Positions 1-9,618 of a stretch of DNA of 64,000 nt are shown here, one piece after another. Positions within the stretch are counted from its first letter, which is position 1. Every line of letters begins with the position of its first letter. Both the position numbers and the translations under genes were made by a program. The notes under the pieces were generated by a model. It made no database searches, was not told where the DNA came from, and saw nothing but the letters and a program-made list of their open reading frames with translations. Origin of the DNA: a virus; IMG/VR virus record IMGVR_UViG_3300032294_002363, positions 55,720 to 119,719 of that record. One strand, given 5' to 3'.

Positions 1-1611
1 AGAGAAGTTTTATCTAATTGGTGTAGTGATTTTGGTTTTAGTTTTTATTGGGATTTTATAACTAATAGTTTGATATGTATTGATTTAAGAAATCCAGTAG
101 ATTTGACTCCTGTAGAAAATTTAATAAATGAAAACTTTAATCAAAATAATGTAGATGCAAATTTACCTATATCAAGCTTCTCTGAGGATGAATCTTTAGA
201 GGGCACATATCAACAAGATAATATTGATTACGTTTTAAAGCCTTCAAGACAAAAAGAAAGAGAGATTAAAGATTTTTTTCCTATTGAATATGAAGCCGTA
301 CCAGTTTCCACCTCATTTCCTTTGGAAGCCTTAGCTTTAGCAAAATATAATTCCGAAGCATTTACATTATATTGTTTAGAGAATAATATTAACTCATTAA
401 TTGGGTTTGATCCAATTTATGTTGGAATAAATACTTATGTTTTATCGACAGCCTTACAAAATATAGCAGAATATGCTGCAGATGGACGAGCAATTATTAA
501 AATAGGAAGATACAATAGAGACAAAGATGAGTCCGCGGCAAATATAGCTTCTTTAGCTGCGGAAGATATAGGTAGATATTATTATAATTTAAATTATGTT
601 CTGTGGAAAGATCTTATCTGTACTGCATATTCTAAATATAATATTGATACCAGTTATGAACCTCAGCCAATTTTTGGAGCCAGACCTTGGGCAAAGTATG
701 GTGGAAATTTTCTTTTACCAATAGGTAATTCTTGGTTAATTGAAAGAAGTCCAGCCTATCAAGTTATTAATTCTCAAAATTTTTCTATACAAGGATTAAG
801 TCCAATTTATATGGATATTGAAGGAGAAGTAGCAGATCAAGTAAGAAATGCTCTTCTGCAAGTAAATCCTAATGACACTCAAGCTGATAGATATCGAGGT
901 TTAACATTGATTGCGTATAAACCTTATCTATATGTAAATACAAACTTTAATTATTGGAATTCTTCAGAAGAAAATTTTACTAATGCACAATATCAAACGA
1001 ATGAATTACCAGAATGTCAAACTGTTTGTGAAAAAGATGTCAGTGTTGAAATATGTAGGAAAGAATGTACTACTTTAGTTGCCCCTGGTAATGGTTTAAT
1101 AAGTAAGCTTTCAAGAGCCTTTACATTTACAAATGGTTTAAATGGATCTCAAATGACTATTGTACTACCATCTCAACAAAGATATTTAGGATATATAAAA
1201 GCTGAGGGAAGTTTTACATATACCGAACCAGGCATCAAGCAAATGCAATCTAATTCAAATTTTTCTGCAGATCCTAATGTTATGTCCTATTCTATAAATT
1301 TAAATGACATTACTACAGATGAACCCTCTGTAGGATCGATTAATTTTAATAATATTGATCAGAATAGTGATGGATTAGATATTAAACAAAAAAATCCAAA
1401 GAAGAATATAGCTTTAAAAATTATAGGGATGAATTATGGTCTTCTTAACAACTACCTTAACCCTGAGTCAGGCTTAACAAGTTTTAACGTATATCTTAAT
1501 GAAAATGGTGTTTTCACTGATTTAAATTTTGAAAATAGACCAGCAAAAAGACCAGCAGCAGAAGCAATCATGCAAAAGGTTGGCCCACAGAAAACTAGGA
1601 TTATAAAATGA
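1..1611 (+). CDS. Hypothetical protein, probably virion/tail structural; 5'-truncated by the window edge
   Basis: The frame of the 70..1611 ORF is open back to base 1 (REVLSNWCSDFGFSFYWDF...), so the TTG start at 70 is probably not real; stop overlaps the next ATG (ATGA); structural role inferred from context only. Confidence 0.6.
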   Translation, partial: REVLSNWCSDFGFSFYWDFITNSLICIDLRNPVDLTPVENLINENFNQNNVDANLPISSFSEDESLEGTYQQDNIDYVLKPSRQKEREIKDFFPIEYEAVPVSTSFPLEALALAKYNSEAFTLYCLENNINSLIGFDPIYVGINTYVLSTALQNIAEYAADGRAIIKIGRYNRDKDESAANIASLAAEDIGRYYYNLNYVLWKDLICTAYSKYNIDTSYEPQPIFGARPWAKYGGNFLLPIGNSWLIERSPAYQVINSQNFSIQGLSPIYMDIEGEVADQVRNALLQVNPNDTQADRYRGLTLIAYKPYLYVNTNFNYWNSSEENFTNAQYQTNELPECQTVCEKDVSVEICRKECTTLVAPGNGLISKLSRAFTFTNGLNGSQMTIVLPSQQRYLGYIKAEGSFTYTEPGIKQMQSNSNFSADPNVMSYSINLNDITTDEPSVGSINFNNIDQNSDGLDIKQKNPKKNIALKIIGMNYGLLNNYLNPESGLTSFNVYLNENGVFTDLNFENRPAKRPAAEAIMQKVGPQKTRIIK

Positions 1612-4391
1612 TATTCTCTGGAAATAATTATTTATCTTTAAGTTATAATACTGGTATATCTTTTAATATAGATTTATCTGTAAATAATGATACTGGTATA
1701 GTAAATTTTGGATTCTCTGGTCAAAATAATGCTTTAAATTTTAAATTACAAGATAATAAATTTTTTGATGGTGAGGGTAGGAATATTTATCTTTACAGAT
1801 CAAATCAAGATATAAATATATCTGGCAATATTTCTCCAACAAATTATTCTTATTATATAGATCAAAATCTAATTGCTCTAAATGGTAAAAAAAGTAATTT
1901 TACAATTAGTGGTTTTTATATCAATGCATCTGGATGTGAGGTTGATTCAAATATGTCTATATTTGGAACTAGGCCAGATTATAGTTTAAATTTAGATAAA
2001 ATATTTTATATTACAGGTACAAATACATTAACTGGAACAATATCAAATACAAATAATTTAAATTTTAAAATATATAGTGGATCTGTTACGATACCAACTG
2101 GATTTAGTCTGGGAAATATATCTGAATACATACAAAATACTGGTTATTTTAGTATAAATCACTATCTATTTTCTAGCGGCCAAGTCGAAGATGAGAGACT
2201 ATATGAAGTACAGTTAAATTTATTTACAAACTTTGGACAAATAACTCAGAATTTTACAACAACAGGTTCATATTCTGGTTTTGTAAATGTTAATTTAGAT
2301 CTACTAAATATCACGGATTTCATCGCAAGGACTGGTATTGACACTGGGTTGGGAAATTTTAAACAAAATAATTTTCAATTAAATTATAATATTATAACAG
2401 GAAGTATAAGATCTGAGCCTGTTATATTAAATAAATATTTAAATGTAAAATTAGAATATAGTGGTGGAAATACTGGTAGTTTATATTATGATGTATTTGC
2501 TAGTGGATATAGTCAACAAACTCTATCTGGTTTTATAACAGGAAGTGGTATCGTAGAAAAACGAATAGCTTTTTCTGGAACTGGATATAATGCAATCTCT
2601 GGATTTAATCAAAGCGGTTTATTAACTGGGATTGTTAAGGATACATTGTTTGTTACGGGTTTTTCTTTCCAAAATATATCTATAAATTATTCTGGATTAA
2701 TTGATGGAATATTAGTCAATTATAGTGAGAGTGGAAGAATTAGTGGAACCGCCGTAGATGGAGTTATCAATCATTTTACATATTATTATAAAAATATCTA
2801 TAATGATACAATTCAAATAAGTGGAAGCGGAACTTCTACGTCAGATTTATTTGGATATTCTATATGTTCAAATACAGGAAATATAATAGCCGTTGGTAAT
2901 CCAGGTGATGATCTTGGTAGTTATACAAATGCTGGTAGTGTTTATGTATATACTGGTATTGGTACAGGTTTTACTCAAGTATCTTTTCTAACTGGAAATA
3001 ATATTTTAGCAAACGATTCATTTGGTTCATATTTAGATATTAATCCACAAGGTACAAAAATATTTATCGGCGCATCTGGCAAGAGCGTAAATTCTGTAGC
3101 AAATATAGGTAGCGTATATATTTTTACTGGTAATGGTATTAATCTTTGGTCTCAACAACAAATGATAACAGGAAATAATGCAAGTGGATCTGATGCCTTC
3201 GGAGCTTCACTAGAGATTGCAGATCTTGATAATATTTTAGTTGTTGGTGCACCTTATAAAAATATTGGAACTGGAATACGTACATTTACTGGCGCAGGAA
3301 TGGCTTATGTATTTACTGGAAATGATTCTGCTTTTGCTCAAGCAAATTTTATTACTGGATCTGACATATCGGGTAACTATAATTTCGGAGATTCTTTAGC
3401 TATTTCAAGAGATGGTACAACAATTTTTGTTGGTTCTCCAAATAGTATGATCGGAACTTCTCCTAGAGTCGGTGCAGTCTATGTATTTTCAAGAATAAGT
3501 TCTACAGGATGGAATCAAATCGCAAAAATTACTGGAAATAATTTATCTGCAAATGAAAAATTCGGTTCTTCAATATCAATAAATCAAGATGCAAAAATTC
3601 TTTCGATTGGTGCTATTGGCCATAATTCTTCTGGCGGAGCAGTTTATATCTTTACTGGAGATGGTACATCTTCTTGGGTTCAGAGGCAAAGAATTAGCGG
3701 ATCAGATGGAAGTTCTTTAGATAGTTTTGGTAATTCAATTAAGACAGATTTAGCTGGTAATAAGATATATATTGGAGCAAAGAATAATACTCATAATAGT
3801 TATACTAATGCAGGAAGTATATATGTATTTACTGGTAATGGAAATGTCTGGGCTCAAGAGGCAAAGATCACTGGTAATCTAGGCCAGACAAATAGATATC
3901 TGGGGCATATAATAGATCTTGGATACTCTCAGAGAAGGATAGTCGCTGGAATGCCATATTATGATATTAATGGTAATTCTGATGTTGGTTCTTATAAAGT
4001 TATTAATGATGTTGATATTAGTGGTTTTATTAGTAAAGTTTTATCTACAGGAAATTCCATTTCAACATCAAATTATTTGGCAACAGGCAATATAACTGGA
4101 AATATTTATACAAAAACATTCTTTGAAACATTTAATTTATTTACTGGGTATTATTTATCTGGACAATTTACTGGATTAGTAGATTTTAAAGGCACAGGTT
4201 TTAGACATGGAGATACATTGTATCTTCATACTGGACTAATAAATAGTGGAACTAGTGATATTTATATTCGAGTTCAAACCAAGAACTACGGAGATAATTA
4301 TCAAATGACTGGTAAATTAACAATTAGCGGTTATAATTTAAATAATACAAAAAATAATGTATTAGTAGAGTATATAACAGGAGAAGGATAA
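1608..4391 (+). CDS. FG-GAP repeat (beta-propeller) protein, putative tail fibre/receptor-binding
   Basis: About seven repeats of type D.FG.S....G..I.VGA......GSVYVFTG; Gly/Ser/Thr/Asn-rich flanks. Confidence 0.75.
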   Translation: MIFSGNNYLSLSYNTGISFNIDLSVNNDTGIVNFGFSGQNNALNFKLQDNKFFDGEGRNIYLYRSNQDINISGNISPTNYSYYIDQNLIALNGKKSNFTISGFYINASGCEVDSNMSIFGTRPDYSLNLDKIFYITGTNTLTGTISNTNNLNFKIYSGSVTIPTGFSLGNISEYIQNTGYFSINHYLFSSGQVEDERLYEVQLNLFTNFGQITQNFTTTGSYSGFVNVNLDLLNITDFIARTGIDTGLGNFKQNNFQLNYNIITGSIRSEPVILNKYLNVKLEYSGGNTGSLYYDVFASGYSQQTLSGFITGSGIVEKRIAFSGTGYNAISGFNQSGLLTGIVKDTLFVTGFSFQNISINYSGLIDGILVNYSESGRISGTAVDGVINHFTYYYKNIYNDTIQISGSGTSTSDLFGYSICSNTGNIIAVGNPGDDLGSYTNAGSVYVYTGIGTGFTQVSFLTGNNILANDSFGSYLDINPQGTKIFIGASGKSVNSVANIGSVYIFTGNGINLWSQQQMITGNNASGSDAFGASLEIADLDNILVVGAPYKNIGTGIRTFTGAGMAYVFTGNDSAFAQANFITGSDISGNYNFGDSLAISRDGTTIFVGSPNSMIGTSPRVGAVYVFSRISSTGWNQIAKITGNNLSANEKFGSSISINQDAKILSIGAIGHNSSGGAVYIFTGDGTSSWVQRQRISGSDGSSLDSFGNSIKTDLAGNKIYIGAKNNTHNSYTNAGSIYVFTGNGNVWAQEAKITGNLGQTNRYLGHIIDLGYSQRRIVAGMPYYDINGNSDVGSYKVINDVDISGFISKVLSTGNSISTSNYLATGNITGNIYTKTFFETFNLFTGYYLSGQFTGLVDFKGTGFRHGDTLYLHTGLINSGTSDIYIRVQTKNYGDNYQMTGKLTISGYNLNNTKNNVLVEYITGEG

Positions 4392-4403
4392 AGGTAATAT
4401 TTT

Positions 4404-5000
4404 ATGGCAGTAAAATTTGTTCAAGATTATGGAAACTCTAATCCTAGTTGGTCTTATTTTTATGACGATGGATTAGGGAATCATTTACAGATCGGTGGAT
4501 TAGCAGTAGATAAAATATATGACTTTTTAATTCAAACTGTAGTTGATCCATATGTACAATTATATTTATATCCTGCAGGATTAGATGTTAAACCATTTAA
4601 TGGATCGGATCTTACCTATAAATTATATTTTACAAGTAGTGCATCTTATTTAGATCTTGGTAGAGGATATTCACATTATGCTAGAATATTTTCTAATGGA
4701 ACCCAAAGTGACTTGATCGTTCAGAACGCAGATTCTACTTATGTTGGTAATTTATATTCAACATTTACCAATGCTGGCATTGATATCTACACGCCAAGTT
4801 ATGCAATTTTTGGTGAGGCAACAAATAATGAAGCGTATATAGGCGTACAAAATGCAAATGGATCGGCGCTAATTTATTTAGATACTGCTAATATACCATT
4901 AACTGCAGGTAATAAGGAAATAGTTATAAGAGAAATAGAAGTTTGCCATGAAGGTAAGATAAAAAAGATGTTAATCTTAGCTAGTGAACCTTACTTATAA
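4404..5000 (+). CDS. Hypothetical protein, likely tail-associated
   Basis: 198-aa ORF co-oriented with the FG-GAP gene; beta-rich composition. Confidence 0.55.
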   Translation: MAVKFVQDYGNSNPSWSYFYDDGLGNHLQIGGLAVDKIYDFLIQTVVDPYVQLYLYPAGLDVKPFNGSDLTYKLYFTSSASYLDLGRGYSHYARIFSNGTQSDLIVQNADSTYVGNLYSTFTNAGIDIYTPSYAIFGEATNNEAYIGVQNANGSALIYLDTANIPLTAGNKEIVIREIEVCHEGKIKKMLILASEPYL

Positions 5001-5177
5001 TTAAATTTTCTTAATATTTTTTGGGCTGAATATTTCTAATATTTTATTAAATTCAGGGACTTCCAAACCTTTTAGTTCTGTCCTACTTAAGAATTTAAAT
5101 AGTATATCAAGTTCTTTTTTAGATAATGTTACTTGAATTTTATCTGTATCAATCAAAGTTTGTTGCTGATCTGTCAT
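5001..5177 (-). CDS. Small hypothetical protein (58 aa), not in ORF track
   Basis: Manual translation MTDQQQTLIDTDKIQVTLSKKELDILFKFLSRTELKGLEVPEFNKILEIFSPKNIKKI; ATGA overlap with the stop of 5174..5977; fills the gap exactly. Confidence 0.7.
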   Translation of the reverse strand: MTDQQQTLIDTDKIQVTLSKKELDILFKFLSRTELKGLEVPEFNKILEIFSPKNIKKI

Positions 5178-5977
5178 GCCTTCTTAATCCTTTCAATTAA
5201 TTCAAATATTTTACTCTTTGGAATATCAGATAGAGTGGTTATATTCTCGGCATTATCAAATTTCTCTTTCGCTAATTTCTTCTTTAATTGCTCAATACTA
5301 ATACCTTTATCTTTCATGACTTTTTCAAGTAGTGCATGTGGTGATGTAGGATTATCAATCGATGTATTACCTTCATCAAGTAACTTTGCATCTCCAAGCT
5401 CTTCTTGAGATACGATGTTAATTTTTAAAAAGTTACGCACACAGCGCACAAAAGCTCTATTCTCTGCAATTGCCGCGAGGAAGAATCTGGCAAAGGATTT
5501 TGTATTGCTAGAAGTTGCGTCAGCTAGTGCCTCAAATACAATCTCGCGTCCACCAGTTTCATAGTTTGGTATCCAAGTAATTCTACAACTGGTAGCAAAA
5601 TAATTCTCAGAAGCTGTAACGACTTTATACTCAACGCTTGTGTATCCACGAATCTGAGCAAGCTCTTTGATACCACCTAAAAGAATTAATAAATCTTTAT
5701 CTTCTAATTTAGAAACGTCTGTTTCTTGAGTCTTTTGGCGATTTGGCACAAGATATTCTGTTTTAACCATTTTTCTCCAATTAATTGTACCATCATCATT
5801 ATATATATAATAAATGCTAGCATTCTCTAGTAGACCATACTGATTTCTTGTGATAATATTTGGTGGAGTTTGCATGGTAGTTTTGGTATCTACTGATTCA
5901 GTAAATATATTTGTATCAACTAGCTCTGAACTTCCTATAGAAATTGTATCTTGATCTGGTTTTATTTTTGGACTCAT
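5174..5977 (-). CDS. Hypothetical protein, possible single-strand annealing (Rad52/Sak-like) recombination protein
   Basis: Motifs LGGIKELAQIRG and AIAENRAFVRCVR resemble phage SSAP helices; located in the replication block. Confidence 0.4.
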   Translation of the reverse strand: MSPKIKPDQDTISIGSSELVDTNIFTESVDTKTTMQTPPNIITRNQYGLLENASIYYIYNDDGTINWRKMVKTEYLVPNRQKTQETDVSKLEDKDLLILLGGIKELAQIRGYTSVEYKVVTASENYFATSCRITWIPNYETGGREIVFEALADATSSNTKSFARFFLAAIAENRAFVRCVRNFLKINIVSQEELGDAKLLDEGNTSIDNPTSPHALLEKVMKDKGISIEQLKKKLAKEKFDNAENITTLSDIPKSKIFELIERIKKA

Positions 5978-5983
5978 CTTATG

Positions 5984-6012
5984 ATGATACTACAGAATTT
6001 ATTCTTGGTCAA
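5984..6012 (-). promoter_or_regulatory. Sigma70-like promoter TTGACC-N17-TATCAT
   Basis: 17-nt spacing, immediately upstream of the 5977 start. Confidence 0.6.
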
Positions 6013-7141
6013 GTGAAAAAATATATAAATTATTTAATTCTTTCATTAATTCAAGATTATTATTATATTTATTTGATATATCCTTTGTTAACCATTGATA
6101 TTTACTATTAAATTGACCTTCGGAAGATATTAAGATAATTGAAGATTTAAAAAATACATTATTTTTGATATCTATTTGTTGATTATTGATCTTCTTGTTT
6201 ACGATAAGTCCTAGATCCATATAATTTAATTTAAAATTATTTAATTCATTTTCATCTAGCCAAGACATCATAGCATAATTAATACTTATATTTTTAAGCC
6301 CCCTTATGAAATTGAAATCATTTTCTTTTTCGATTATATAAACTACTTGTGGTATATTATTCTTATATCTTTGAAGAAGCTCTAATGATATTGGCTTATT
6401 GGTAAATATAATACATTTTTTATGTTGAAGATATACTTCTAATGCTTTTTCATTAAATGCATAATCCATTCTTATAATTAGATTTTCTATATTAAATTGC
6501 CTTGGGTCTACAGGGTTATCTGGTATAATTTGTAGAGTTTTATTAGCATAATCTTCACCAATAAAGATTGTGTTGGGTAGTTTTTTTGTCTCTATATTTA
6601 ATAGATTTAGTATGCTATTAGCTATAATTTCTGGTTTTATCTTATTAATGCTTTTAGGAAATTCATCAACAGAATATTGTGGTTTTTTATTAATCTCTGG
6701 ATTTAATAGTATAATGTCCTCTTTCTTTGACCAATAAGGTTTTACGTTATTTATATTATTATTAGAATACAAGGCTACGATCTTTTTATCGTATCCAGAA
6801 GCTATATGCGCTGCAAAACTATCTGCGCCAACATGCATAATTCCATGTTTTATAATAAATGCAGCTTGTTGTATAGTTGTTTGACCGCACAAATTATAAG
6901 TATTTACTACTGGCCTATCTTGTTTAGCTCCAATTTGAATAATCTTTATATTCTCTTTTAATAGATATGGATGAATCATAGCTATTACTTCATCCCAATA
7001 ATCATAATTCTTAGATGGATACTTACTAAATGGTTGAAAAGATATATATCTTTCTGTTGGTAATGGGAAAAAGTTTTCGTATATATAGGGTTTAGAAATT
7101 TTAACCCCACAAGATGTCGCGTATCTTTCTAAAAGATGCAT
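5999..7141 (-). CDS. GT9 (heptosyltransferase-like) C-terminal domain plus unknown C-terminal extension
   Basis: YISFQPFSKYPSKNYDYW, NLCGQTTIQQAAFII, HVGADSFAAHIA match the GT9 nucleotide-sugar-binding domain. Confidence 0.7.
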   Translation of the reverse strand: MHLLERYATSCGVKISKPYIYENFFPLPTERYISFQPFSKYPSKNYDYWDEVIAMIHPYLLKENIKIIQIGAKQDRPVVNTYNLCGQTTIQQAAFIIKHGIMHVGADSFAAHIASGYDKKIVALYSNNNINNVKPYWSKKEDIILLNPEINKKPQYSVDEFPKSINKIKPEIIANSILNLLNIETKKLPNTIFIGEDYANKTLQIIPDNPVDPRQFNIENLIIRMDYAFNEKALEVYLQHKKCIIFTNKPISLELLQRYKNNIPQVVYIIEKENDFNFIRGLKNISINYAMMSWLDENELNNFKLNYMDLGLIVNKKINNQQIDIKNNVFFKSSIILISSEGQFNSKYQWLTKDISNKYNNNLELMKELNNLYIFSLDQE

Positions 7142-7142
7142 A

Positions 7143-9071
7143 TTATTCTCCTTTTAAATCAAATTGAATATTGGTTTTACCATTATGTACATAATCTAGG
7201 AATCTTTGAGTCCCAGCATGAGGTAAGAATGCAACTTCAAAATATCCTTTATGGTCACCAACACCTTCAAGCCAAAGTAATTGATCCATTTGTGGAATAT
7301 ATTGTATAGTTTTATGGATATATGGATTACCTTGAAGTATCTCAAAGTATTCTGGCTTAACTGCTACATATAGATTATGCTCTGGATACTGCTCTTTAAT
7401 ATTTTTGAAAAGTGCCGTAGACATATAGATATCACCTATACTTTCTGGCATAACATACAGAACTCTCTTACCGCTATCATTTTTATCCAAAAGATCTTCA
7501 AAATCAACCTTTTTATTTTTTTCATTTTCTTTGATTGCTACATTTCTAAAATAATTCTCAATATCTTGTCTCTTTGCTCCTTTTGAAATCTCTTGCATCC
7601 AATATTTATGTCCATCATCATTTTCATCAACATTTTTCATTTTTAATATGTTGTGATACATAAATGTAAGCCAATCGCCATCTTTTTCTATTTTAGGTAT
7701 TTCGCAGTATGGATTTCTTTCTTCTTCTTTTAATGAAAAGTCATAGTCTGTGAAAGGGCATTCATCAATAAATGATTCGATCTTTCCTCCTATTTGTTCT
7801 ACAGAGAAATTATCTATTGTCCATTCTCTAGCTTTTTCTCCAATCTCTTTTCTTTTTTGCAAAGACATATTATATACTTTATTTATTTGTTTAGCTATAG
7901 AATTTGGTTTTGTTGAAGCCTTAATGAATTCTGTTCCATGCTCTCTATATTCACTCCATTCTAATTCTAACGATCCAGCACCATCTTGGCACATTTCCTC
8001 TCCGCAACTATAATTCGTAACTAAAGTTATTAACTCTGTTAATTTAGCTTCTTGAATTGGTATTTCCTGACCACCACTAGTAAATGGATGACAGTAAACA
8101 TCCATTAGATTATAGACTTCATTCAATTGTTTTTCCGTAACTCCTATACCAACATTTGTTGTAATTTGAGTTTTTTGTCCACCACAGAATCTACAATCAA
8201 CATCTTGTCCATGAAATGGCTTGATTTCATAATTACCACAGCTTTTACATATATAAGTTGTTAATATTTCTCTTAGATCTATATCGTATTCTTTGGCAAG
8301 TTTATGGATATTCCATCCTTCACTCCAATGGGTATGTAAAAGTAAAAATGTATTTTTAATTGTTGGATTTGATCTTTTCCATAGAGCATATCCTTCTAGA
8401 AGATTAGGGACACTTTTTCTCAATTGATTTCTAAAAACAAATCCTACAATAAATGCGTCTAGTGCTATACCAAATTTTTGCCTTAAATTTTGCCTATCTG
8501 TATTTGGTAATCTATAAAAAGTAGAAGAATCAATCGGGCCGTGCATAGTCTTTACATGATCATGTCCAATCTTGTGAAGAGCTTGCGTAGCAAAGTCGCT
8601 CCAAATCCAATAGTTTTTAATCTTTGGAGCTTTTTCTACTGCACTAGGTAAAATTGGTAAAGAATCTAGAGTTGTCCAAAGTACAGAAGATATTTTGTCA
8701 AACCATTTTTTATCAATAGCAAAATCAATCCCCCAAATATCTTGAACTGCAATATAAACATCTGGCTTTTCTTCTTGAATTATTTTGTCTAAATAGTGTG
8801 CTCCATAACTCGCTAATCTTGCTACGTTTGGATCTTTATTTAATTCTTGTATTTCTTGTTGAGAGTCTGGTAATGATCCAATTGATTTCCAAGGAGTTTT
8901 CTTTAATTCTGGATTAGAATACTGCATTCCACAGCAGTAATGTACTATATCATATTTACCAGTTTTGTATAAATACGATAAAAGAGCTTTGGCCGCTCTG
9001 CCAAATCCAGTCTTGGCCAAAGCGAAATCAGATTGATAAACTATTTTTTTCTTACGAGACACGACTACCAA
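7143..9071 (-). CDS. GT4-type glycosyltransferase with CxxC..CxxC insertion, fused to a GT9 N-terminal domain
   Basis: TGFGRAAKAL, RNQLRKSVPNLLEGY, GGQEIPIQEAK (GT4); CKSC/CRFC; C-terminal RVLYVMPESIGDIYMSTALFKNIKEQYPE (GT9 N-domain). Confidence 0.75.
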   Translation of the reverse strand: MVVVSRKKKIVYQSDFALAKTGFGRAAKALLSYLYKTGKYDIVHYCCGMQYSNPELKKTPWKSIGSLPDSQQEIQELNKDPNVARLASYGAHYLDKIIQEEKPDVYIAVQDIWGIDFAIDKKWFDKISSVLWTTLDSLPILPSAVEKAPKIKNYWIWSDFATQALHKIGHDHVKTMHGPIDSSTFYRLPNTDRQNLRQKFGIALDAFIVGFVFRNQLRKSVPNLLEGYALWKRSNPTIKNTFLLLHTHWSEGWNIHKLAKEYDIDLREILTTYICKSCGNYEIKPFHGQDVDCRFCGGQKTQITTNVGIGVTEKQLNEVYNLMDVYCHPFTSGGQEIPIQEAKLTELITLVTNYSCGEEMCQDGAGSLELEWSEYREHGTEFIKASTKPNSIAKQINKVYNMSLQKRKEIGEKAREWTIDNFSVEQIGGKIESFIDECPFTDYDFSLKEEERNPYCEIPKIEKDGDWLTFMYHNILKMKNVDENDDGHKYWMQEISKGAKRQDIENYFRNVAIKENEKNKKVDFEDLLDKNDSGKRVLYVMPESIGDIYMSTALFKNIKEQYPEHNLYVAVKPEYFEILQGNPYIHKTIQYIPQMDQLLWLEGVGDHKGYFEVAFLPHAGTQRFLDYVHNGKTNIQFDLKGE

Positions 9072-9607
9072 AGCTCGCCATCTTCTTCTGAATCAGATTT
9101 ATTAGATGGTTGATTTTGTTTTGAATTCTTAATCTTTTTAATTGTTTCGACTTCTTGCGTTTTAAAGATTGAATTTAATGCATGAACAAGAAATTCCCTT
9201 AATAGGCGAGCCTCATTAAAATAAAATCCAAGTAGAAATGACTGCTTATTTTCTATATTTTCTTTGCTTTCTTTATTTACGCTATAAGAAAATCCTACTT
9301 GTTTATCGTCTTTAATGTAGGGAGAAAACTTAATCTTGGTAACTTGTTTATCAGAAGAATGATAGGCTGAAAATTCTACATTCTTATCTAAGGCTTCAAG
9401 AAGTCCCGCAACCTCTGTCATAGAAAATTTAACTCTGGCACTTTTCTGTGGATTATCTCTATTATCAGAGAATGATCCAGTCTTTGTGGCCTCATTCCAT
9501 GAGCTTTGTTTAATTAATGAACTCCAAACTGAGCCTTCTTTTGAATTTACGCTGAAACTACAAGCTGTGCCTGTATTCTTACTATTTGGTTTATAAAATG
9601 ATATCAT
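9065..9607 (-). CDS. Hypothetical protein, possible ssDNA-binding protein with acidic tail
   Basis: Beta-rich core and acidic C-terminus (SDSEEDGELW); adjacent to dnaE; function inferred. Confidence 0.35.
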   Translation of the reverse strand: MISFYKPNSKNTGTACSFSVNSKEGSVWSSLIKQSSWNEATKTGSFSDNRDNPQKSARVKFSMTEVAGLLEALDKNVEFSAYHSSDKQVTKIKFSPYIKDDKQVGFSYSVNKESKENIENKQSFLLGFYFNEARLLREFLVHALNSIFKTQEVETIKKIKNSKQNQPSNKSDSEEDGELW

Positions 9608-9618
9608 ATATAGATATA

